Shown here piece after piece: positions 9,933 through 18,421 of a DNA stretch of 64,000 nucleotides. Origin of the DNA: a virus; the IMG/VR virus record IMGVR_UViG_3300042448_000816, positions 1 to 64,000 of that record. One strand, written 5' to 3'. Under the pieces are notes generated by a model. The model was not told the DNA's origin. It ran no database searches and saw only the letters and a list, made by a program, of their open reading frames with translations. The translations under genes were made by a program, and so were the position numbers. Each line of letters begins with the position of its first letter. Position 1 is the stretch's first letter.

Positions 9933-9955
9933 CTGTCCTAGCAATAGGGCAGTTT
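9933..9955 (+). terminator. Hairpin, probable terminator
   Basis: CTGTCCTA-GCAA-TAGGGCAG followed by TTT, after the last + gene. Confidence 0.55.
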
Positions 9956-10008
9956 GGGGCCGCACCATATCTTTTACCAAATGTCAAATACTATATCAAA
10001 TAATAGTA

Positions 10009-10320
10009 TTAAGAACATCCAAATATTTTTCCCAGATTTTGGGTATTACGATCTCCAAATAATATTTCCCAAATGATTGTATATCTACTTATAGGGATAT
10101 TGGTGTATCTTTTATATACCCTGGAAAAATAGGCAAATAACCAAATAGTAATTATCCTATTTTTATATACCCATTACGATCCCCAAATATAATTTCCCAG
10201 AAAAGGTACATTGTATTTGTCTATAGGTATTACGATCCCTCTTCTAAAAATCCCCGAAAGTTTTGCAGCGAAGCTGCGGCCCGAAGGGCCAGGGTATTAC
10301 GAAGATACCCAAATACCCCT
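10009..10320 (+). repeat. Direct repeats TTA(C/A)GA(T/A) followed by C- and A/T-tracts
   Basis: Copies at 10009, 10046, 10174, 10230 and 10297. Confidence 0.7.
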
Positions 10321-10595
10321 AGTATAATATACACAAATACTTCTTGGTGGATATCAGCAAATAAGGTATATGTTTTATCAAATTTGATATAAGTTATTTG
10401 ATATTTGTTAACAAAATAGATATAATATCGTATGTTTTTTATGGTGGAAACCTACAAAGAATATAACAATTTGATAACATATTTGGATATCAGGATTTGA
10501 CAATTTGATCAAAGTATGGTATAGGGGAGCCTTCCGCAAAAAAAGATTAAGAACGCCCTCTATAAATGGGCCCAATTACCCATATACAAATTGAC

Positions 10596-10669
10596 TTATC
10601 CACACATAATGATATACAAATAGGATTAGTAAGATATATTATCCACAGATGTGTATAACCTGTGCATAA
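10596..10669. promoter_or_regulatory. Cluster of four DnaA boxes (TTATNCACA)
   Basis: TTATCCACA at 10596 and 10639; TGTGTATAA at 10650; TGTGCATAA at 10661. Confidence 0.75.
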
Positions 10670-10859
10670 CTTTGGGGGTATTTAGATCAACCCAATGGGG
10701 CTATTGGGGATATGAGGATATCGGGATTTGGTTATTTACGAATAGAATTAATCAGATATGCTGCTATGAAGCAAGCTATCCCAAAGATGATTTCCATGTA
10801 TTCTTTCTATAGTGTTTGTTTATACTAGGGATTACGATGGAGCTTCTCATACCCCGAAA

Positions 10860-11308
10860 TTATTGAGCTACTGTTCCTGGAACTATAATCCTATATTCTT
10901 TACGTGATCTAGACAAAGACTTAAAGCAAGCAGAATGGACTGATATGTCTGTCCTAAGCTTCTTCTTGATATGCTTTCTTCTATAGGTCACTGTAGGCTC
11001 TTGGAGCTCTTTATTACAGTACCAGCAAGGATTACGATCCATTAGTTTTTATCCCTAAATTAGGACTTAGCCTGAGCCCTTTCGTTTCTTTGTCTAACGA
11101 TGTGGTCATACATATCTAGGTTCTCTGTAAGCTTCTTGTCTACCCAGTTTAATGCTCCATGGTTCTGAGCTAGATCAAAAATGGAGATGTCTCTGTCGTC
11201 ATACATATCCAATAGCTTTGCCATCTTCTTTTGAATGCTGTCAGCTAGAAATCCATATTCCTGATGATAGTCTGTGTTCATAACTTTCTTTTGTGCTTCT
11301 GTTGCCAT
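10860..11308 (-). CDS. Two small hypothetical ORFs (10860-11042, basic with CWYC; 11060-11308)
   Basis: ORF track; SD sites upstream. Confidence 0.55.
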
Positions 11309-11321
11309 ACCCGTTCTCTCC

Positions 11322-11789
11322 TTATTTTTCGTTATGTGTTACCCAGTAATACTGACACTTATCACAGCAAGGATTAGCCTTATCGTGAACAAAATCTATA
11401 TAGAATTCTGGGTCTTTTCTGTATAAGTTTGCCCTGTGTGATTCTGTTAGTCTATTTACTATGGATTCGTTATTGATCCAGAAGGGTTTCTTGGTACCCC
11501 AGTTTTGTACAGTGGCATTACGAAGGACCCTAATATTTTCCAGATTTTTGTCTGTCTTTATGCCTCTGGCGGAGGCTACGCCAGCCATAGAGAGGACATA
11601 CTCATACAGAGTAGTCTCTGCACCTCTCCACATCTTAACGGCTGGATGGTTCCTCCAAGCGGCTCTAGGGTCATCACTATTTAGAACCTTAAGGATCTGA
11701 TAGCCTTCTAAGATTTGCTTGTTTAGACGCTTATTGTCTAGTACCTCTGCAGACTTAGTAAAGTCTATGTAAGGTAGAAATGTTTGCAT
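11322..11789 (-). CDS. Pyrimidine-dimer DNA glycosylase / T4 endonuclease V-like protein
   Basis: True start MQTFLPY; LD.KRL.KQ.LE..QIL, W.NHPAVKMW.G and SHRANLYRKDP motifs. Confidence 0.85.
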   Translation of the reverse strand: MQTFLPYIDFTKSAEVLDNKRLNKQILEGYQILKVLNSDDPRAAWRNHPAVKMWRGAETTLYEYVLSMAGVASARGIKTDKNLENIRVLRNATVQNWGTKKPFWINNESIVNRLTESHRANLYRKDPEFYIDFVHDKANPCCDKCQYYWVTHNEK

Positions 11790-11998
11790 TAGTTTGTTTC
11801 CCAATCTTTGGCATACCCATAGCATACCCCACCAGTGGTCATGTCCCAGACAGCGATCTCTCCTGGTTCTAGATATTTGACCTGATTTGGGGTTGTAATG
11901 TGGAATAGCCACTTACCCTCTGGAACGAGATATTCTATGTCAGAATTGCTCATTCGGTTAATGTATGTATCTCTTTTAGCTGTAGCAAATTGACTCAT
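11789..11998 (-). CDS. Hypothetical protein, probably leaderless
   Basis: ATG 6 nt after TATAAT; stop overlaps the glycosylase start. Confidence 0.6.
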   Translation of the reverse strand: MSQFATAKRDTYINRMSNSDIEYLVPEGKWLFHITTPNQVKYLEPGEIAVWDMTTGGVCYGYAKDWETN

Positions 11999-12275
11999 AT
12001 ATAAATTATACTGGGGATACTAGAGAATGTCAAGCACCTTGTGCTTGTATTGATCTCTTATTTACCGCCGAACTTTACCTTCCAATAATAGATAACAAAA
12101 TTTCGTCGAACTCATCGCTTACAGCGAATGGTAGGGCTACTACAAAGATAAACAGGATAGCTACAATAAGTGCACCTATCTTAAGGCTGTCTTTAATAAT
12201 CTGATTTCTCATATTAATCTACAAACATTTCTTCTAGAATTTCAGCAATCTCTGCACCCTCTAGATCTTCGTCAG

Positions 12276-12863
12276 TTAGTCCCTCTGCGTGGAGGCTTGC
12301 CATTTTGGCCATCTTTCCATACCTTTCTTTAGCTTATCTGGATTTTCTTCAAAGAACCAATGGTCTGGCTCAACAAAATGAAAAAAGACCATGCCAACCT
12401 TTTGAGTATCTGGATTTGGATATGCCTCTCTCCAATGCTCTTGTTCCTCTCCCAGGAAAGCGAGTCCCTGGTTTGGGTATAGAGTGTAAGGCTTATCTTC
12501 TACGTAAATGTCCCAAGGCTCTGTTTGGTATAGGCACATGTCAAGTGTGTATGTACAGGCGTTAGAATCTTTATGCTTATGTAGGTTTGCATTGGGTCCC
12601 TCATAATGAGAGAACAAGGAGTAGGACAGCAAAAGAGTTTCACTGTTAAAGATCTCTCTGGCTAATGGAACTAACTTTTCCCCATACTCTTCTATTACTT
12701 TATCTGCATAAAGATGTCTTCCAAGCCCAGGATCGGCAGAAAGAAAAGTGCCAGACTCTTCATCGCCCCAGTCAGACTCCTTATTTAAATTAAACAAATG
12801 TTCATAAAGGGTGTCATAATCTTCTTTAGAGAGCAGGTTATCAATAATCTTAGGCTCAGTCAT
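12276..12863 (-). CDS. 2OG-Fe(II) oxygenase-like protein
   Basis: HxD in LHKHKD; distal His in EHWRE; VFFHFV strand. Confidence 0.75.
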   Translation of the reverse strand: MTEPKIIDNLLSKEDYDTLYEHLFNLNKESDWGDEESGTFLSADPGLGRHLYADKVIEEYGEKLVPLAREIFNSETLLLSYSLFSHYEGPNANLHKHKDSNACTYTLDMCLYQTEPWDIYVEDKPYTLYPNQGLAFLGEEQEHWREAYPNPDTQKVGMVFFHFVEPDHWFFEENPDKLKKGMERWPKWQASTQRD

Positions 12864-13098
12864 TTAAATCCTCTTGTCTAATAAGTTTGGTCAGATCGTC
12901 CCAATCTAATCTGCCCAGATTTTTATCCAATAGCTGAATAATACGTTCACGCTCTAGCTCAGCACCGTGGGACATTCCTTCTTGATAAAACCTAGCCCTA
13001 CTGCGTGTGATACGCTCAGCCCAGTCTGGCTTTTCACGGACGTTACTTTTACTTAGCTGGGTATCAAAGTAGTCGTCAACTGCATCATTATTATTCAT
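12856..13098 (-). CDS. Hypothetical protein with ERERII motif
   Basis: Start moved to MNNND, 6 nt after TACAAT. Confidence 0.6.
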   Translation of the reverse strand: MNNNDAVDDYFDTQLSKSNVREKPDWAERITRSRARFYQEGMSHGAELERERIIQLLDKNLGRLDWDDLTKLIRQEDLND

Positions 13099-13129
13099 AC
13101 CTATATTGTACAGTATGTGGGGCTTGATG

Positions 13130-13606
13130 TCAAGAGGCTGTGATGTAATCGCCAGCAATGTGGAAGTTATCTGCCGTTGTCAAAGTGGCTGGGCTATCAT
13201 GGTCAAAGGCAGCATCCCTACCGTTTGAGTCAGTATAGTTTAACAGCATTTGAGAGTTTCCAGCATAAACATGTCCACCAATAGCATACTGTCTACCAGT
13301 AGAAATATCATGGAAACAACCATTCTTAAACTGATATCCATATTTCGGGGTAAATGGAAGGTCCATGTAATACTGACCAGTTCCAAAGTTTGTAATGTTA
13401 TCCATGTCTACTTGGATTTGAAAGTGTACCAGTGGTCCATTTTTTACATAGCTACCGCTGAATAGTGGTGCTCCAGTGAAGGTTGGCTGAGTGCCAAGTG
13501 TTCCACCATTTACTGTAAAAGAAGTTTCGGTTCCTAGTGTAGCGTCTGCACCAGCAGGTCCTTGTGGGCCAGGAATACCATCTGTATGATTGGTAAACCT
13601 GGCCAT
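13130..13606 (-). CDS. Virion fibre or decoration-like protein with a short collagen-like segment
   Basis: GIPGPQGPAGAD; beta-rich C-terminus (GSYVKNGPLVHFQI, LPFTP). Confidence 0.55.
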   Translation of the reverse strand: MARFTNHTDGIPGPQGPAGADATLGTETSFTVNGGTLGTQPTFTGAPLFSGSYVKNGPLVHFQIQVDMDNITNFGTGQYYMDLPFTPKYGYQFKNGCFHDISTGRQYAIGGHVYAGNSQMLLNYTDSNGRDAAFDHDSPATLTTADNFHIAGDYITAS

Positions 13607-13887
13607 TATACGCCAGACTCAAGATTAGTTTTTAATACTGCAAGCTTGGAGCTGTTGGTATCAGTAGTAGCATAAAGATCGTCTTTTCCAGGAAGCTCAA
13701 AAGAAATAGCGTGTCCAGGTGCAATCCTGTATCCGTAGTCAGAGGATGTTACCGTAGAGCCGCCAACAAAAACATAAGCCTCATCGTCAACATTTTGAAG
13801 CGTGATGTCCATTCCTGAATGAATTCCTGGGGGAGTTAAACGGGTAGCAGAAGAGCTACTAAGTGTTAAAAAAGAGTGGGTTGTCAT
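13606..13887 (-). CDS. Small beta-rich hypothetical protein, possibly virion-associated
   Basis: LQN...VFVGG..VT...YG pattern. Confidence 0.6.
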   Translation of the reverse strand: MTTHSFLTLSSSSATRLTPPGIHSGMDITLQNVDDEAYVFVGGSTVTSSDYGYRIAPGHAISFELPGKDDLYATTDTNSSKLAVLKTNLESGV

Positions 13888-13907
13888 AGTCTTATTATAA
13901 CATTCTT

Positions 13908-14639
13908 TTAATTGTTAGTCTCTATAATACGAGTATAGACTACTTCACTATTACCGTTATCTTCTTGCCATCCACTGATAGAACGAATCTCTGTTCTGTC
14001 CCCTGGTTTTCCACCAGAGTGCAGCATCTCATCTGGTCCAACATAGATTCCAATGTGGTATGCGTTCTTCCAACCTCTATGATTAAAGGATACAAGGTCC
14101 CCAATCTTTGGTTCTGTTACGATAGTTCCAGATGTTCTTTGGGTTGTGGCACTGTGTCTAAGCTCTATTCCTAAGTGGGCGTAGGTCCATTTGACAAGTC
14201 CTGAGCAGTCCCAAGCTCTTGGGGTAGAGCCACCTAAAACCCATCTAGTTATACCAATTTGATTCTTAACTAAAACTAATGTTTCATTTAGGGTTGCAGT
14301 GTCATCAGCAATCTTTTTTAGCCTAGCAATTTCTGCCTCTAGCTCTGCCTGTGTTTGCTGGGCTTCAGACTCAAGCTGATCTCTTTCAGCTTTTTCCTGT
14401 GCCATCCAGTCATGAGACCCAACCAAAGGAGGGGCTGATTTAAAGATTGGTCCTGCAGATATCTGGGGAGTTTGAACAGGTCCAGAAATGATAACTTCTT
14501 TTTTTACCTGCGTTACTAATTGGGTTTTGCTTTCCTGAGCATTTTCATTAGCCTCTAGGATGGCACCGAAAGCTTGTCCAGTACCGATAGTCAATACTAG
14601 TGCAATTGCACTAATCGGAATTAACCTGTTTCTTTTCAT
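13908..14639 (-). CDS. Secreted NlpC/P60 peptidoglycan endopeptidase
   Basis: Signal peptide, coiled coil, WDCSGLVKW, IGDLV.F and HIGIYVG..MLHS motifs. Confidence 0.9.
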   Translation of the reverse strand: MKRNRLIPISAIALVLTIGTGQAFGAILEANENAQESKTQLVTQVKKEVIISGPVQTPQISAGPIFKSAPPLVGSHDWMAQEKAERDQLESEAQQTQAELEAEIARLKKIADDTATLNETLVLVKNQIGITRWVLGGSTPRAWDCSGLVKWTYAHLGIELRHSATTQRTSGTIVTEPKIGDLVSFNHRGWKNAYHIGIYVGPDEMLHSGGKPGDRTEIRSISGWQEDNGNSEVVYTRIIETNN

Positions 14640-14791
14640 TTAGCGACCTACCTTTCCTTGGTAGTTAGTACTCGGTCGTTGAGTGTTAGTGGGGGGTTCC
14701 CCTATTAAGTTATAAACCTCTATGTCTGGTATTTATTACAAACAAAAAGGTACTACTATTTTACCATAAATTATAATAATAAAACTATTAT

Positions 14792-15284
14792 CTATCTTTT
14801 TACTCTTTTAGGCTTTTTTGAATTAAGCTTCTTTAGCCAAGGCTTGTCTGCATACTTAGCCCATTCGTATACAAAGATACACAAAGCGATAAGAAACCCT
14901 AGGGATCCAGACTGTACGATGTAGTATGGTGTTGGGTCAATTAGGTAGGTGTCCCATGGGAATGTGTAGGCCACTACTGGCAAAGCAATAGCATTACCGA
15001 ATACTGCAGATATTACGATACTCTTGTAGATGTTCTTCAATTGTTCTCCTATTATTGTTCAGCCTATATTATAGTGCATTAGGCAGGGTAATGTCAAATC
15101 ATTCTTCTGACAGGTATTTCATAAATACCCTTAATATCTCAACGGTGTACTTCTCATACTCAATTTCAATCAGGGTATTCTCTTGATCTACCCTATGTAT
15201 CTTAATCTCTTTACCAAGATTAAATAAGATATTGTTTATCTCTTTTTCTAAGTCCACACTAAAGTATAGCAGATTAATAAACAT
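14792..15284 (-). CDS. Two small ORFs (14792-15040, membrane protein; 15099-15284)
   Basis: ORF track; two hydrophobic helices in the first. Confidence 0.5.
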
Positions 15285-15414
15285 TGGTAGAATTGATTAT
15301 GCTCTATAAATGTGTTTGCGGAAAGATCCATGTTCTGGCATTAGATCTTTATTTTGATATCATTAAGCATAAAGAGTATTGCTATTGTGATATTATAGAG
15401 GCTTCTAAGGAAGA

Positions 15415-15443
15415 TTGACATACCGCCATTTTTTTGGTATCAT
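15415..15443 (+). promoter_or_regulatory. SigA-type promoter TTGACA-N17-TATCAT
   Basis: Exact spacing; ATG 6 nt downstream at 15450. Confidence 0.75.
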
Positions 15444-15449
15444 TTGTTC

Positions 15450-15638
15450 ATGAGTAAATTTGAAAGACAAGAAAAGCGAAAGCTGGATAGGCAGACTAAG
15501 GCTGTTATTAAGAAGGCTAAGCAAGATATGCAGACTTACATAGAAACCCTTGGAGAGCTTCCCTCGGAAGCAGAGGTAAGGGCCTGGCAGGCTGGATATA
15601 TTTCTGGTATCAATCGAATGGCTGAGGACTACCTTTGA
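15450..15638 (+). CDS. Small hypothetical protein
   Basis: Leaderless start; AWQAGYISG motif. Confidence 0.65.
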   Translation: MSKFERQEKRKLDRQTKAVIKKAKQDMQTYIETLGELPSEAEVRAWQAGYISGINRMAEDYL

Positions 15639-16036
15639 ATTTTCAGGCAGAGTCTAGGCGTTCTGGCGATGAGTTTGAGTCTAAGGTACTGATAGACCTA
15701 TCTAGATTTGGAACAACCAACATAACTAAGAATGTTATCGTAGAGGATACTGGCTGTGAGGTTGATTTTGCTTATGACAATAGAGGAACTCAGGTTTATG
15801 TTGAAGCTAAGGGTGGTTTGCAGGGGGAGAAGAAGCGTCCTGGAGCTAAGAGAACAGACAACGTAAAGAAAGCTATAGCCAACGCAGCTTTGATTAAATC
15901 TTTAAACCCAGACACCCAGTATATCGTTTACTTCTCAGACTTACCCAAGTACGGATCATCTTCTCATAAGATGCTGAAAGCAGCAATTAGAGCTGGCTTT
16001 ATTGATAATGTTCGATACTTAATCGACATGAAGTAA
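15635..16036 (+). CDS. PD-(D/E)xK restriction-endonuclease-like nuclease
   Basis: G.EFE, EVDF, YVEAKG and RTDNVKKAI motifs. Confidence 0.7.
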   Translation: MNFQAESRRSGDEFESKVLIDLSRFGTTNITKNVIVEDTGCEVDFAYDNRGTQVYVEAKGGLQGEKKRPGAKRTDNVKKAIANAALIKSLNPDTQYIVYFSDLPKYGSSSHKMLKAAIRAGFIDNVRYLIDMK

Positions 16037-16038
16037 AA

Positions 16039-17199
16039 CTAAATTAGTCTTGTTACTGAGGTATAATCTTTACCAAAGTCAGAGAATAAGGCTTTATCTG
16101 CTTCTCTTTGTGCAATTCTGCGAGACCAAGAGAATCCTGCATCTCCACCCCACGCTAGCCACATAATATATCCGTTAGATGGGTTAGCCTGGTTTCCCCA
16201 GTCCTTGCCCTTCTTGTCTACCTCGTGGCGAGAGAAGTAAGAGTACATACGCTTAACAGTGCTTAGCGAGAGTGTCTCTCCATTAGCCAGTTGTCTAGCT
16301 CTTGTCCATCCAACTGCAGTTCCTGCTCCTGTAGCTTTGCCGTCTTCCTTGAACTTGATAGCCCTACGAGCAGCAGCCCTAGCCCCAGCAGGAGGAGAGT
16401 AGCCTTCAGCTTTGTCCATGTATTCATCGTAATCATCGTCCTCTTCATAATCTTCTAAACTAATATTTGGCATGTTAATTCTTTCAACGTCTGACATTAA
16501 TGCACCAATTGAATATGGTGTGTAGTAGTAGACTCCATCGTCTTCTTCTAGAATTCTAATAGCTACCGCTGGATTTTCTGGAGTAGACTCAACGGAGTAA
16601 GGGTTTTCTGGCTCACCATATCTACCACCTTCACGCATGACGTGCTCTACCTGACCAACAACCATGCCCTCTGTAGTCCTTGCACTTACAAAGTCCCCCT
16701 CAGTAATTCTTGCTTCGGCTTTAGATACTGGAATACAGTTAGGAACCATGCGTCCGTTGTCTCCTGGCTTCATTCCCCTTTGGGTGTATCCGTCCCAACA
16801 AGGAGCAACCTTTTCATCTGCTTTAGTTCCCATGGATGTTCCGCCATTTGTAGTTGAGATTGCACCAGTAGAATCTCCACCAGCACCGCCAACCCTAGTC
16901 TTTGGTTTTTTCTTAGGATCTTTTAGTGCAGAAGGTTTCTTTGATGCTGGTTCTGGCTGTCCAATGGCAGACCCCATGCCATCTTTGTCTGTTGCTGCTT
17001 TTATAGCAGTTCCTGGCCACTCTTCTGGATTTTTAATACCAACGCCAGCTTCAATGTTTCCTTCAGACTGGTTGATTGCATAAATTTGATTGGCAGCTTC
17101 TTCAGCTGTTGTGTGGCAACCCATTACGGTTCCATCGTCTTTAAGGGCAGGGTAGCCTGAGCAACCGTAAGATCCTTTTTCTCCAACATGATATGGCAT
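16039..17199 (-). CDS. Multi-domain phage protein, possibly head-associated
   Basis: CWDGY..VPNC module; C-terminal GT.VGW.RARQLA...TVKRMYSYFSRHE...WGGDAG domain common in tailed phages. Confidence 0.6.
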   Translation of the reverse strand: MPYHVGEKGSYGCSGYPALKDDGTVMGCHTTAEEAANQIYAINQSEGNIEAGVGIKNPEEWPGTAIKAATDKDGMGSAIGQPEPASKKPSALKDPKKKPKTRVGGAGGDSTGAISTTNGGTSMGTKADEKVAPCWDGYTQRGMKPGDNGRMVPNCIPVSKAEARITEGDFVSARTTEGMVVGQVEHVMREGGRYGEPENPYSVESTPENPAVAIRILEEDDGVYYYTPYSIGALMSDVERINMPNISLEDYEEDDDYDEYMDKAEGYSPPAGARAAARRAIKFKEDGKATGAGTAVGWTRARQLANGETLSLSTVKRMYSYFSRHEVDKKGKDWGNQANPSNGYIMWLAWGGDAGFSWSRRIAQREADKALFSDFGKDYTSVTRLI

Positions 17200-17226
17200 A
17201 TAAACATTATACCACAGGTATTGTTA

Positions 17227-17254
17227 TAGGCCTTTTAGCAACATGCCTAGGTTG
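17227..17254 (-). ncRNA. H-type pseudoknot repeat, copy 5 (3' of Hsp20)
   Basis: Minus strand CAAC-CT-AGGCA-T-GTTG-CTAAAA-GGCCT-A, with one mismatch in stem 2. Confidence 0.65.
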
Positions 17255-17310
17255 TCTCCCCAGGTAGCGGTCCTCGGAAAATCAAGCTACCTAAAGGATA
17301 TCATCGTTTT

Positions 17311-17709
17311 TTAGCGGATCTTAATTGATTTTGGTTTTTTCTCTTCTGGAATGTTTCTTACCAGATGAACATACAGAATACCGTCCTCAAATCCAGCCGA
17401 ATCTACTTCATAGTATTCAGGTAGTGAGAATGAGCGAGTAAACTTCCGAGCAGCAATACCTTTATGTAGGTATTTCTTATCGTCAGCATCTGGCTTTTCT
17501 GCTTTTATAGATAGGACATTTTTTTCAGTAGTAATACTGATATCATCCTTCTTGAATCCAGCTACTGCAAACTCCATTACGATCTTGTCGTCGTTAATCC
17601 TGACAACGTTATATGGTGGATAGGTGTTTGCTGCTGGGGTAGTGCTAAAGAATTTGTCAATATCTAGACCAAATCCTGAAAATGGTGTTGTAATAACCAT
17701 GTATATCAT
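17311..17709 (-). CDS. Small heat-shock protein (Hsp20/IbpA-like)
   Basis: YPPYNV, AVAGF, YLHKGIAARKFTRSF and DGIL motifs. Confidence 0.93.
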   Translation of the reverse strand: MIYMVITTPFSGFGLDIDKFFSTTPAANTYPPYNVVRINDDKIVMEFAVAGFKKDDISITTEKNVLSIKAEKPDADDKKYLHKGIAARKFTRSFSLPEYYEVDSAGFEDGILYVHLVRNIPEEKKPKSIKIR

Positions 17710-17816
17710 CTCCTTATATTAAGCGAGTTAATGCCCCCCAATTGGGCAGGCTTAATAATTATAGCATATATCCTGGCCTTGCTATCCACAAACTTTAGTG
17801 GTATAATTGATGCATT

Positions 17817-18407
17817 ATGAGTAATCCTATGTCATTTAGAAGAAGGCAAAAAGTTCTTGCCGATAAAGTAAACAATCCGAATAGTCAGGAAGCCGTTGTG
17901 CGACGTGTAGAAGACACCAAAAGACAAAGGTATGAGCTCCAAGAATCAAAGCGAGCTCCTAAGATTCAGATTGACCAGAAGCTTGTTCTTTGGACATGGC
18001 TAACTGGTATCGGAATTGCCTTTATATCCTCAGCTATTGTTTCTTTTAACGGTATCACTGCAGTCGCACAGTTTGTTGGTCTTTCTCAAGACTGGATGGC
18101 TGGACTATTCTTTTTCTTTATTGAGCTCATGTATCTTCTGTTCTTGGTTGCCTACTTAGTTCTTGCTTCTCGAATGAGAGAAGACGGCAAGCCTGAAAAA
18201 ACTTTTGGTGCCATTCTTGGTATGTTAATGTTTGGTGGCATTGCTGTTTTGGCTAACGCTTTTCACACCCTTGACTTTTGGGACTGGGAATATCTAGAGC
18301 CACGCATGTGGGCAGGAACAATCCTAAGTATTGCTGCACCAATCGCAATCATTGCCGCATCTAAGATGGCGTCTAGAGTTGTATTCGCTAAGGCTATCCG
18401 CCTGTAG
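17817..18407 (+). CDS. Four-helix membrane protein
   Basis: Four hydrophobic segments; TGGTATAAT promoter upstream. Confidence 0.7.
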   Translation: MSNPMSFRRRQKVLADKVNNPNSQEAVVRRVEDTKRQRYELQESKRAPKIQIDQKLVLWTWLTGIGIAFISSAIVSFNGITAVAQFVGLSQDWMAGLFFFFIELMYLLFLVAYLVLASRMREDGKPEKTFGAILGMLMFGGIAVLANAFHTLDFWDWEYLEPRMWAGTILSIAAPIAIIAASKMASRVVFAKAIRL

Positions 18408-18421
18408 GGTAAGGTTATCCT

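Noticed and set aside
14640-14760. Intact c-di-AMP (ydaO) riboswitch
   Set aside because: Only short words match; the multi-stem consensus cannot be built.
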